NCBI GenBank assembly: GCA_043228905.1
Contig: JBHGNT010000014.1
Location: forward strand, 1-64,000
Source of the DNA: Azolla caroliniana
Lineage: Eukaryota > Plantae > Polypodiophyta
Direction: 5' to 3'
DNA: 64,000 nt
A program made the position numbers and the translations under genes. The notes below the pieces were generated by a model. The model did not search any database, was not told the origin of the DNA, and saw only the letters and a list, made by a program, of their open reading frames with translations. Position 1 is the first letter of the stretch, and every line of letters starts with the position of its first letter. Shown piece after piece: positions 39,061 through 50,600 of this stretch.

Positions 39061-40784
39061 GCTACTCCAAATTTGAGTATTGTTTGTGTAATATATTCTT
39101 TACTATCTCATTGAAATATCTAATATTTCATGGGCTTATCTATTTTTTTTTCTAACATAATTGATAATACCCTTATGTAAATATATTTTCAAATCTTTTT
39201 TAATACCCTTATATATATATATTCTATATCTCATTGATTAATTTAAACCCCTTTTGATGAACTCACGTGCTATCATACAAGTTTTGACAGTGAAGCCCCC
39301 GGGTACGTATCTACAGGGGCGTGAAGGTTCCCAGCTACAACCGAAGGAACGAGGCTTAACTACGCGAACACGCTAACCCTACGTTTACAGGTACGCACTT
39401 CTTAACAGAGAATAACCCTCACTCAGTATAACACTTGCACTACACAGTAGATCAGTGAAGATAGTACTATATTATAAAAGGAACTCTCAAAACAACGCTA
39501 ACCTTTTACACAGGATTTCTACCCTTTATATACACAGGGTGTTTCATCGATTACGCTCGTCGCGTGAACCATTACATATGTTTCTTACAATATTTTAATT
39601 TGTTCCGCGTTATGTCCGGCAATTACTATTCAGGCGGACAACACCTGGCACGCCTATTGGACAATGCCATGGCACAGCGAACCCATTCGTCTATTCGTCG
39701 TCCAGTATGTCCAGGATGTTCAGCTCTGCCCGTGTGTCCTGGTCCGGGGGTGGCGTGACGGTGGTAGGTGCTTTGCTGCTTGGCTCGGTCGGTGCCGCGG
39801 TTTCCTCTCTCTCTTCTTCACCCGAGGTAGGCTAGGCTTGCTTCGCTGGTGCTTCTTCGGGGACCACCTTTTCCGGCTCTGTCAATGGCTACTCTTGGCA
39901 TGGTTTCCCCTCAGGTAGCCGCTCGTCTGTGCTTTCGGCACCCGTCTGATTGTCCACTGTCGTGACTTCAAGACCGTCATTAGGCGGGAACTCGGTTTGC
40001 TTGGCGGAGTCACTGTCCGGCACAGTAATTGCCTCCGTCCGTTTTAATTCATCCGCCCTCTGAGTTTCGTTGCCAATGTCCATCAGCTGCTGAAAAGTCT
40101 CCTCCTGGCTATCCACGAACTCCTCCATCAGCTGTGTGAGTTCCTCGGAGTGTTGATTAGCTAGCGCCTGGTAGTCTTCCACAAGGACTTCGCGTACGGC
40201 CGCGATGCTTTCTTCACTCAGCTTATAAAATCCCTTGCCTTCCTTTCAACGGTGTCGCGAAGATGCGTGTGCGTGCGTGCTTCGCTTGAGCGGGACAACT
40301 GTGGTCTCGGACCGGGGAGGACGTTCGCGAAATTGTCGAAAAGATGACGATGTGTATGTAGGAGTCGAGGAAAAGGAAACACTATTACACTTGAGAAGAT
40401 CGAAGATTTTACACTTGAGAAGAAGATAGATGTGAAGAAGAAGAATAAGAAGAGTATTATATTATTGTTGATGATGATGGTGATGATCTCCAAATTGACC
40501 CCACCCCCCCCTCCCCACTATAGGCTTTTATAGGTCTCTCCATGCAGAAACCATGGGCTAAATCCACGGGCTGAAACCATGGGTTGGAACCATGGGCGAA
40601 AACCACGGGCTAAAACCATGGTTTTGTGCCCACGGTGTCGTAGTGTATTTCGTACACTACGTGAAAAAGTAAAAATAATATAACCGATTTAATTACATAT
40701 AAATAAATAAAATAAGAATATCAAGATATTTATCACCAATAAATAAAATAAGAATATCAAGATATTTATCACGTGCATAGAGCA

Positions 40785-40838
40785 GGATTCGAACCCTGTA
40801 CCTCCACATAGCCAAACCTCAACTTTACCATTATGCTA
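40785..40838 (-). promoter_or_regulatory. tRNA-like Pol III A-box/B-box module inside the LTR (second copy at 44062-44115)
   Basis: On the minus strand: TAGCATAATGG, 32 nt, GGTTCGAATCC. Confidence 0.65.
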
Positions 40839-41886
40839 CCTTATCTTTAGTGTTCTATAAATAGATTTAATAACTATAATTGCTTTATTTGCGCCTACCT
40901 TTATTAAAAGGTAAATCATGTATTTTTAGAGTGCGTGAATATTTTATAGAAAAACGCAAGCAACTAAAAAGTGACTCATGCACATCTAGCGTGCATGAGC
41001 ACTATATTTAGCAAATAAAAGCAAGGATTAAAAAAGCATGTAGTTATGCTTAGTCTCTCCCATCACTACATAAGGATGGGGAGCACAATGTAATAGGCGT
41101 GTGAAATATTTGGAAATTGGATATATTTCCGAAAACACCAACCGATTAATATAATCGTGGGATTCACGAAAATAATATAATCTATACTTGTGGGATTCAC
41201 AAGTTTCTTATATCTTTCTTTCAATCTAAATACATATTCTTATCTAAATATTGATTAATCGAATAAAATACACTCGTGGGATTCACGAAATTTCTATCTC
41301 TCTTTCTAATAATCTATTCATTACTAGCCTCATCTCATATTCTTCTTTCTCCTAGTCCAAAACCTCGGTGGTTCCCACCCGACTCACGCAAACGATCCGG
41401 AGCCGAAAGGCACGACAGGAGGAAGAATTTGAGGCTAATCTAGTTATGAATATGAATAGATTATAAGAAAGAGATATAGAAAATCATCACATGCATATTT
41501 AGTGTGCATGAACATATTAGAAAAAAAAGCATGTAGCTATGCTTAGTCTCTCCCATCACTACATAAGGATGGGGAGCACAATGTAATAGGGTGTGAAAAA
41601 TACTTGGAAACTGGATATGTTTCTAAAAAACACCAATTAATAAACTATACTCGTGGGATTCACGAGAATTCTATATCATTCTCTTTCAATCGAAGTTTAT
41701 ATTCTTATATTCATATTGATTAATCTAATACAATACACTCGTGGGATTCACGAGTTTGCTATAACTCTTTCTTACAACATATTTATATTCTTATTAGCCT
41801 TAAAACTCTCCTCTTCCTAGTCCAAAACCCCAGTGGTTCCCACCCGACTCACGCAAACGATCCGGAGCCGAAAGGCACGACACAGT

Positions 41887-41904
41887 TGGTGAACCCGACG
41901 TGAA
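41887..41904 (+). other. Primer binding site complementary to the tRNA-Trp 3' end
   Basis: TGGTGAACCCGACGTGAA is the reverse complement of TTCACGTCGGGTTCACCA, the 3' end of plant cytosolic tRNA-Trp as recalled. It starts 4 nt after the LTR end. Confidence 0.85.
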
Positions 41905-41920
41905 GGCGGGTGGCAAGGAG

Positions 41921-43996
41921 ATGGAGAATCAACAAGAGGCAATGAGCATAACGATGATGATGATGTTCGAGCGGATGCTACAAGAACAACGAGTGATGTC
42001 GGAGATCACGGGGGCAGTAAAGCGGCTCGTACAACGAAACGGACAATTCAACGGAAACGATGTGTCACGCTATCTACGTGACTACAAGGCGGAGATGATA
42101 CGATGTGGGATACCGGAAGGATTGCAAGTGACATCCTTCAATCGGGTGGCCACGGATGAGCTACAAGAGAGAATCCACAAGATACGGCAACAAAACTCGA
42201 CATGGGGGTCATTCGAAGAAGCTTTACGAGAGGCATATGATTACAAGAGATCGAAGGGAAAAGATCGGCGAGAATTCGACGAATGGGTGGCATCGGAGAA
42301 GACCCACCGAAGTGCAACACAAGCATTCCTAGAGTTCGAGAATCGTTTTGCTCGACTCTCGGAGCGAGAACAACGATTGGCGGGGGAGGATAAAGTCCTA
42401 ATGTTCGTAAAATCGATCGATCGGAAAGAAAGGATGGACATCGGGATCGAACTCGAAGACGATGACGGTACGAATGGTCTTACCGAAAATTGGGCCGAAG
42501 TCCAAAGGGTATGCCGGAGACATGATGAGAGGAAGATGAGAATCTTGTCAACGACATGGCCGATGAAGGATGGTCGATTGAAGACAAACGATGGAGCTGA
42601 TATGAAGGCCAAAATACAACATGATGGTGTGACGGAAGAGGGTGTAAAACAAGCTACCCTCTTGTCTTGCGAAAGAACGACAGTGAAGGATAAGGCCGAT
42701 AACCCAAGTGTAGAAGAAGATTTCGGAATACAAGTGTCCGAAACATCGGGTGAAAAAGGGGTAAGCATAATTGATGTTTGCATAATTGATGCAGTGAAAG
42801 AGAGCAAGGAGGACTTGATTGAGGAGGTCACCATGAAAGATGACATCGAATTGAAGGTGGCTATGGACGAATCAACGACGGATGGCCATATCGAGACTTC
42901 CCCACCACTAATTCCAGAGACTCCGGCGGTTGCGTTCGAAAGGCAACGTGAGACCGAAGAGACGGAAGGTGGCGGAGAGAAAACAAAGGTCGAAGTCGAT
43001 GCATACGACAGAGAGATAGCCGAGAATATGGCTATGGGTGAAACAATGGAGGATGATAATACTGAGGATTCCTGCCCACTAATCCTAGAGACTTCGGCGG
43101 TTGTGTCTGAGAAGCAACGTGAGACCGGAGAGACGGGAGGTGGCGGCAAGAAAGGTAAAGTCGGAAGCCAGTTAGGATGGAAGGTGATCCGGACGGGATT
43201 CCGATCCGAAAGAAAGCCGAACCGGGTAAAAGAGGATTCGACCGAAAGTCGACCCGAAAGAAAGCCGAACCGAAAGGAAGAGAATTCGGCCGAAAGACGA
43301 CACAAAAGAAAGCCGAACCGGGCGAATGAGGATTCGGCCGAAAGACGACCCGAAAGAAAGCCGACCCGAAAAGGGGTCGACTCGGTCAAAACCGATCGAC
43401 TGAGTCTGACTTGGCCGAACGCGAATATGGATGGAAGCCGACCTAGCCGAAAGCCAATCGGACGAGACCGATCCGGAAAGAAGCTAATTCGACTCAACCG
43501 GAGGTTGGACCGGTCGAGGCTGGTGAAAACGAGGAAAAGAAAGCCAACCGAAACCAAAACCGATAGATCGAAACCGGGCCGGAAGGAGACCGACTCAATC
43601 GAAACCGAACAACCGAATCCGATTCGGCCGAATACGAATCCGATCGAAAGCCGATCAAACCGAAAGTTGATCGGACGAGAGCGATCCGGAAAAAAGTCAA
43701 GGTTGATGAAGACAAGAAAGAGGCCAGTAAAGGACACTACCACGAATGACAAGGGCCAAGAATATGATGAGAGAGAACAAAGAATATGGTGGATCGGATG
43801 GCGACAATGGTTCGGGTGGAAAGAATGGGTCTACTCAAAATGGAGAGACAAAGTTGACATAGCGGGACAAACGGAGGATGAAGGGGAGACAACGAGCATC
43901 GGCAACTTCGGCACATACCGGAGGATGTGCGGGTTCGGAGGGGGCGAGTGTCGTAGTGTATTTCGTACACTACGTGAAAAAGTAAAAATAATATAA
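41921..43996 (+). CDS. gag: Gag-like protein with acidic linker and R/K-rich repetitive C-terminus (~691 aa from ATG 41921), intact, ending inside the 3' LTR
   Basis: The ORF starts right after the PBS. Gag-like N-terminus: GQFNGNDVSRYLRDY..TWGSFEEALREAY. Four ~16-aa ERKPNR..EDS repeats lie at 43205-43390. Confidence 0.8.
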   Translation: MENQQEAMSITMMMMFERMLQEQRVMSEITGAVKRLVQRNGQFNGNDVSRYLRDYKAEMIRCGIPEGLQVTSFNRVATDELQERIHKIRQQNSTWGSFEEALREAYDYKRSKGKDRREFDEWVASEKTHRSATQAFLEFENRFARLSEREQRLAGEDKVLMFVKSIDRKERMDIGIELEDDDGTNGLTENWAEVQRVCRRHDERKMRILSTTWPMKDGRLKTNDGADMKAKIQHDGVTEEGVKQATLLSCERTTVKDKADNPSVEEDFGIQVSETSGEKGVSIIDVCIIDAVKESKEDLIEEVTMKDDIELKVAMDESTTDGHIETSPPLIPETPAVAFERQRETEETEGGGEKTKVEVDAYDREIAENMAMGETMEDDNTEDSCPLILETSAVVSEKQRETGETGGGGKKGKVGSQLGWKVIRTGFRSERKPNRVKEDSTESRPERKPNRKEENSAERRHKRKPNRANEDSAERRPERKPTRKGVDSVKTDRLSLTWPNANMDGSRPSRKPIGRDRSGKKLIRLNRRLDRSRLVKTRKRKPTETKTDRSKPGRKETDSIETEQPNPIRPNTNPIESRSNRKLIGRERSGKKSRLMKTRKRPVKDTTTNDKGQEYDEREQRIWWIGWRQWFGWKEWVYSKWRDKVDIAGQTEDEGETTSIGNFGTYRRMCGFGGGECRSVFRTLREKVKII

Positions 43997-45661
43997 CCGA
44001 TTTAATTACATATAAATAAATAAAATAAGAATATCAAGATATTTATCACGTGCATAGGGCAAGATTCGAACCTTGTACCTCCACGTAGCCAAACCTCAAC
44101 TTTACCATTATGCTACCTTATCTTTAGTGTTCTACAAATAGATTTAATAACTATAAGTCCTTTATTTGCGCCTACCTTTATTAAAAGGTAAATCGTGCAT
44201 TTTTAGAGTGCGTGAATATTTTATAGAAAAACGCAAGCAACTAAAAAGTGACTCATGCACATCTAGCGTGCATGAGCACTATATTTAGCAAATAAAAGCA
44301 AGGATTAGAAAATCATCACATGCATATTTAGTGTGCATGAACATATTAGAAAAAAAAGCATGTAGCTATGCTTAGTCTCTCCCATCACTACATAAGGATG
44401 GGGAGCACAATGTAATAGGGTGTGAAAAATACTTGGAAACTGGATATGTTTCTAAAAAACACCAATTAATAAACTATACTCGTGGGATTCACGAGAATTC
44501 TATATCATTCTCTTTCAATCGAAGTTTATATTCTTATATTCATATTGATTAATCTAATACAATACACTCGTGGGATTCACGAGTTTGCTATAACTCTTTC
44601 TTACAACATATTTATATTCTTATTAGCCTTAAAACTCTCCTCTTCCTAGTCCAAAACCCCAGTGGTTCCCACCCGACTCACGCAAACGATCCGGAGCCGA
44701 AAGGCACGACAACGGTTTTTATACGTTTGCTTCCTATGAAATATTGAACATGAAAAGAAAATATACAAAATTTAAAGCACTTAGTAGTGGGACTCAAAGG
44801 TTACTAGGCTTTAGTCTTATTTTATTTACAAATGTTTGAGTGCTCATTACACTTTCTCGATTTTGTTTATTCCACACGATTTTCACACCGTTGCCGAAAA
44901 TCTTCACGACAATGGTTTTCCATATCCACGCGGTATGTATGGAGCTCTACGGCCTGCGTCGCCCATCCGACCCATCCTCTATCCATAGCTGCCTTCAATT
45001 GCGTCTTAAATTTCTCCCGATTGCCTTGTAGGAGGTTGCGAATCCGGTCTGTCATCAAGGTGGCATGTACTTGGGACTCATCTAAAGCTTTCTTTAGATT
45101 CTCGATTTTACGCTTATTTGCCACCGCGACTTCTTCGTAGTGGCCCTTCATTTTGGCCGATAGCTGGGAGCTTGTCTTCCAATGTCTTGACTGCCTTACG
45201 GCCTTTCATCCTCACATCTGCTTCCCTGTCCGAAGGTTGGCGGAGTTCCGCTCGAAGCCGATCAATCTCTGTTTTGGCGATTTGTGTAGCTTTCTTTGCT
45301 TTGGCCATTATGGCTTTTTGTGCTCCGAGCTCCTCCCATAAGGTGTTTGCCGCGTTATTATCATGAACTTGTGTGGGGATGGTTGTTGCCGTCGTCGTGC
45401 TATTTTCCAGCTACGTAATGCGTTCCTTGGCCTTTTGTAGTTGGTCCTGTGTCAACTTTATTGTTTTCCAGGCATTCTTATTCTTGGTTGCCATATCCTT
45501 GGCGCCTATGTTGACTTTGGCCAATTCGCGGTGTACTTCGACAACGGCCGTATTCAAGGGAGGTAGCTGAATGCCCATGCAGCATATTCCTGCATTCCAC
45601 TGTCTACCTACCTTGGCAAGCAGCCCCTCATCCTCACTCTCCGTTGTTCTTGTTAGTGCAC

Positions 45662-48600
45662 GCTCAATCATCTATTGTTCTGCATGCTCTTCAGCCATCT
45701 GTTGAGAGACTTTTATTTGCTATGTTGCTACATCAGTTGCGGGAAGAGGGACGCAAGGAAGAAATGTTTCTCTTCGCAATATCAGTAAAGCCCTCATACA
45801 CCATTAAAGAGGAGTCCACGGTTCAACTTCCAAAGAAGTATCATCATTATGCCGATGTGTTCGATAAAGTACAAGCCAATACGCTTCCTCACCATCGACC
45901 GTATGATTGCCCCATCAATTTACAACCGGGGAAAGAGCCACCATGGGAACCGATCTACAATTTGTCACCAACTGAACTAGAAGTTCTGAGAGCCTATACA
46001 GAGGAGAATTTGGAAAATGGTTTCATTCGGCATTCGAAATCTCTAGCCGGCGCACCCATTTTCTTCGTCAAGAAAAAGGATGGATCACTTCGTCTCGTTG
46101 TAGATTATTGTGGCTTGAATAAGGTTACAATCAGAAATAGGTATGCACTTCCCCTTATCTCAAGTCTTTTAGAACGGATCAATGGTGCCAAGATCTTCAC
46201 GAAGATCGACTTATGGGGAGTCTATAACCTCGTACGGATCCGACCAGGAGATGAATGGAAGACCGCGTTTCGCACCAAATATGGGCACTTCGAGTATACG
46301 GTCATGCCGTTCGGCCTCACTAATGTGCCAACAGTCTTCCAGCACATGGCAAATGATATATTCCGAGATATCTTGGATGTTTGTTTGATCATCTATTTGG
46401 ATGATCTACTGGTTTATTCGAAGACCCAAGAAGAGCATGATTCTCATGTACTATTAGTACTAAAATGACTTCGAGAACATGGTCTTTATGCAAAGTTGGA
46501 AAAATGTAGTTTTGGGTGCAACTAGGTGGAATTTCTGGGCTATGTCATTTCCTCGGAAGGCATCTCCATGGATCCGGCTAAGGTCAAAACTGTGGTAGAG
46601 TGGCAAACTCCGCGTTCGGTGCGAGATGTGTAATGTTTTTTAGGCTTTGCCAATTTTTACCGGAAGTTCATACAAGATTACTCAAAGCTCGTTCTGCCTC
46701 TCACACAGCTTACCAGGAAGGGACAATCATTCGTTTGGTCTAAAGAAGCAGACATGTCTTTCGAAAGTCTTAAAAAGGCATTTACATCGGCTCCAATTCT
46801 AGCTCATGTCGATCCGGAAAAACCATTCATTATCGAAGCAGATGCATCGGATTTCGCATTGGGGAGCATTCTGTCACAACGGGGTAATGATGAGAAGCTA
46901 CATCCTGTGGCTTTTCACTCACGCAAGTTTGACGCCGCCGAAATCAACTATGAAATTCATGATAAGGAGCTATTGGCAATAGTGGACTCTTTTACGCAAT
47001 GGAGGCATTTTCTAGAGGGATCCTCTCATCAAGTCATCGTATTCAGTGACCACAAAAATCTTGCCTACTTTCAGGACGCTCCTGTGTTAAATCAACGTCA
47101 AGCTCGGTGGGCCCACTTCTTCACGCATTTCGACTTCAAAATTACATATCGTCCAGGGAAGCACCAAGGGAAGGCAGATGCATTATCACGACGTTCGTAC
47201 CTAGCACCGTGTCCCGGCGAGCCAACTTTTGATAACCAAAAGCAAGTAATCTTGGGACCGACACGACTGCAAGCAACAAAGGTCTTTGGCATGCCCATGG
47301 ATTCCCACGTTATCGATACTATACGTGAGGACTTGAAGACCGATGCTTTCGCCCAAGCCATTCTAGCACAAATTGAGCCCTCTCAAGCATCTTGTTCACA
47401 ATCGCAACCACCAAGTACAGACTATCGGCAATTCAAATACCATGAAGGATTACTATTCTTTAATGAACTCTTGTATGTTCCTAATGGTTCTTGCCGTCTT
47501 CGAGTAGTCCAAAACTATCATGACACATATACAACTGGGCATTTTGGTAGTACTAAAACATTAGATTTAGTACAATGATCATTTTGGTGGCCCTGTATGC
47601 GACAATTTGTCGAAGATTTTGTTCGGACTTGTGATACATGTTGCAGAACGAAGATGCCAAGGCATCATCCATATGGTTTATTAGAACCATTACCAATTCC
47701 AAGCAAGCCATGGCAATCCATTGCTCTAGACTTCATCACAAATCTTCCAGTCTCTAAGGGGTTCAATGTGATTCTAACAGTCCTAGATCGATATACGAAG
47801 ATGGCTCATTTCTTGCCATGTACTAAGGAAATATCCAGTGAAGAAACCGCTGAAATTGTCATGCGTGAAGTATGTCGACATCATGGCCTTCCCGATAGTA
47901 TCATTAGTGACCGTAGACCCCAATTCGCATCGAAATTCTGGAAGCACCTTTTTAAAATGCTCAAGGTCACTTGTAACCTCTCCTCCGACTACCACCCACA
48001 AACAGATGGTCAAGCTGAACGAACAAATCAAACACTGGAGCGGTATCTTCGGTGCTTTCTAAGCTATCATCAGGATGACTGGGTAGATATTCTCCACTTC
48101 GCTGAATTTGCCTACAATAACTTTGTCCACGCATCGACTAAAGTTACACCATGTTATGCTTATACGGGTTCTCACCCCTAATGATGTGTATTTGAAACCC
48201 CAGAGTTGTCCACAAATCCTTGCGCAGAGAATCATTTAGAGCGGTTACGCAAGATACAAGCTGATTTATCTACTCATTTCCAACAAGCTCAATAAACACA
48301 CAAGGTTTACGCAGATCGTCATCGACTTCCATCCAGTTTTTAACATTGGAGATCGGGTATGGCTACTACGATGACACATCAAGACTACTCGCCCATGCGA
48401 GAAGTTGGATTATCGGTGATTAGGTCCTTTCCGTATTATAGGAAAGATTAATGATGTTGCTTTTTGTCTCGATCTACCTCCGCAACTTCGAATACATCCG
48501 GTGTTTCATAGTTCTCTCCTCGAACCCTATCAAGAGAACACCATCCCAGGACGTATTACACAACCTCCACCCCCGATCGAGCTTGAAGATGGACCTGAGT

Positions 48601-49205
48601 ACAAGGTTGCAGCCATCCTTGATTCCAAGATTGTTCGCAACAAGCTCTACTATCTAGTCGATTGGCTAGGATATAGTCCCAACGAGTGTACTTGGGAACC
48701 GATAGAGAATGTGACCAATGCTCGTGCTCTTCTTGAAGACTTCCATCGTCAATATCCAAACAAACTGGGTCCTCAATCCAAAATGACTCGTTTTAAAGGG
48801 GGGATAGTGTCATGATATGGCAAGACTTGAACCCATGACCTTATGTTAAATGGGTCGAGCTCTTGACCATTAGACCATACATTGTAATACGTAGTATATT
48901 ATTTTCATTTATGTTTTATTATAGAAAATTGATGTATATTCTAGATTTCTCTGGAACATTCTGGAAACTTCAGGAGTATTCCTGAGAATACTATAAAAGG
49001 AGGCATAAGGCATTATTTCGAACCAAATCGGTTCAACGCCAGTCTTAAGCCTCCTAGCTACTATTGTATACTCTCTTCCCTTTCTCTCTCTCTATCTCTC
49101 TCTCTCGCTCACTCTTTCCTTCTCTCGAGAGTTCTACACCTCTCTTAGTATTGATCCTCATCTTTTAGTACTAATTCCTTCTCTGTCTTAGTACTAATCC
49201 TGACA
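45662..49205 (+). mobile_element. pol: 5'-truncated chromoviral Ty3/gypsy (Tcn1-like): RT, RNase H, integrase, chromodomain, PPT, 3' LTR
   Basis: RT GAPIFFVKKKDG..YLDDLLV. RNase H EADASDFALG. Integrase LDFIT..SDYHPQTDGQAER. Chromodomain EYKVAAILDSKIVRNKLYYLVDWLGY..TWEP. PPT AAAGGGGGGATAG at 48795-48807. LTR TGTCA...TGACA at 48808-49205. Confidence 0.96.
48823..48877 (-). promoter_or_regulatory. tRNA-like A-box/B-box module at the start of the chromovirus LTR
   Basis: On the minus strand: TGGTCTAATGG, 33 nt, GGTTCAAGTC. Confidence 0.65.
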
Positions 49206-49379
49206 CTTGCATGCATCCCACATGGCGTTTTTTACTTTAGTTGCATGATCTCTCCACTTTGTCTTTTCATGTCTTCCATATCATCTTTACTTTATGCATG
49301 CCCTCCAACTTTAGTTGCATGCATCCACATGGCCTTTACTTTAGTCTCTTTTACTTTACTTTAATTTGCCACATGATCC

Positions 49380-49915
49380 TATCATCCGTCCGTCTCGATC
49401 GACGCCCATCCAATCCATCCAGTCCACGTCCAACCTCATCCGATCGCCGGTTCTGCCCGATCACCGGTTCCGTCCGGTCGCCGGTTTCTGGTTGTCGGCT
49501 TCACCCGGTCGCCAGATCCGGCCAGTTTCCGACTCCATCCGATTGCCGGTTTCGCCGGTTTCAATTTTAATTACCGACCGATTCCGGTTTGCTTTCCGAT
49601 CGTTTCCGGTTTGCTTTTCGGCCGGTTCCAGTTTGCTTATCAACCGGTTCTGGTTTGCTTACCGGCTGATTCCGGTTTGCTTTTCGATCGGTTCCAATTT
49701 GGTTTTTCTGCTTACCGGCCGATTCTGGTTCCATTACCGACCGGTCCCATTTTATTGCCAGTCAATTTTTAGGAACTTGGCCTTCCGGTTTGGTTTCCGA
49801 CTGGTTCCAATTTTTTCGTCTTACAGGCCGATTCCGAATTGATTTCTAGCTGATTCCGGTTCCATTACCGACCGCTTCCATTTTATTGCCAGTCGGTTTT
49901 TGGGAACTTGGCCAC
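49380..49915. repeat. GC-rich degenerate CCGGTT/CCGATT repeat tract, probably transposon-derived
   Basis: CCGGTT, CCGATT and TTCCGG words are dense. There is a partial duplication at 49715-49785 / 49845-49915. Confidence 0.6.
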
Positions 49916-50199
49916 ATTCATCCATCTAGACAAAGTGGCCAAAGTGCTCTTAGCACAAATGAAAAATAAGGGATCTCAATGTGCCTATATAACCAGGGAC
50001 TTAAATTTCCTATCTATGTGGGGTAAATCATAATTCTATTTTCCCTATCTTCTTAAACTTCATGTTCTCATAACTTGATATGTAGTTGTCCATTTTGTAT
50101 CTAGTAAAATGCGTTTTGAAGCTCTTGAGTACATCAATCTTCCTATAACAAGCTACTAATCTAATCTAAAATAATTATTTCATTAGTTTTTTACATACT

Positions 50200-50600
50200 G
50201 TTTAAAGATTCACACAACAGGCGTAGGCCTGTTTAGCATATTGTACTCGAACTGCTCCACCATGTGTGCTCTGGAATGACAAATGGAGCAATGAATACAC
50301 ATGTTGCACTTGACCGCAGAATGTCCGGAATTTAAACAGATCGCTTGTCGGAATTGGTGTTCTTCCTCTGGGGGTGATGCTTGTCAAAGTGAAGTTAGAG
50401 AAAAACTTTCCTCTTCATCCTCCAATTCGAGCTTTAATGCTCTTTCAATCACCATATCCACCATCAGGCCCATCAGATTCTGTATTGCCAGCGTCCTACA
50501 AAGGAGTCGTCTTAACACCGCCAAAAATGTATCTTTGGCCTTGTCCTCCGTAGGAACATGCGTGAGTTGACGCCGGAGACTCTGAAACCGCAGACTAAAA
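50200..50600 (-). mobile_element. gag: Retrotransposon gag fragment with zinc knuckles
   Basis: A minus frame reads ...DKAKDTFLAVLR...ERALKLELEDEEE...CLNSGHSAVKC...CSICHSRAHMVEQFEYN. Confidence 0.6.

Larger units (their letters stand above)
40636..44711 (+). mobile_element. Complete non-autonomous (gag-only) LTR retrotransposon with 4-bp TSD ACGG
   Basis: 5' LTR 40636-41882 and 3' LTR 43949-44711, both TGTCGT...ACGACA. PBS at 41887-41904, PPT GGAGGGGGCGAG at 43937-43948. ACGG lies at 40632-40635 and 44712-44715. No pol motifs. Confidence 0.95.
39291..45660 (-). mobile_element. Unclassified element with degenerate coiled-coil ORFs (45671-44867; 40182-~39690), split by the gag-only LTR element
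   Basis: GC-rich, E/K/A/L-rich minus-strand ORF remnants lie on both sides of the insertion. Minus-strand TATA-like motifs sit at ~40530 and ~39528. An LTR-like terminal block spans 39291-39632 (TGAAG...ATTCA), and ~13-bp repeats AAACCA(T/C)GGGCT span 40548-40625. Confidence 0.45.

Noticed and set aside
37141-39155. Y/I/H/T- and C/V/M-rich ORFs
   Set aside because: They are microsatellite translations.
39646-39662. TGGCACGCC as a tRNA-Arg PBS
   Set aside because: Only ~9 nt match, and the orientation conflicts with the minus-strand TATA and ORFs.
40775-40845. Functional tRNA genes in the LTRs (also 48815-48885 and 62905-62975)
   Set aside because: There is no convincing acceptor or anticodon stem. 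They are reported only as tRNA-like promoter modules.
42241-43752. 503-aa antisense ORF
   Set aside because: It is an S/F/R-rich codon-aligned mirror of the purine-rich gag ORF, with no independent evidence.
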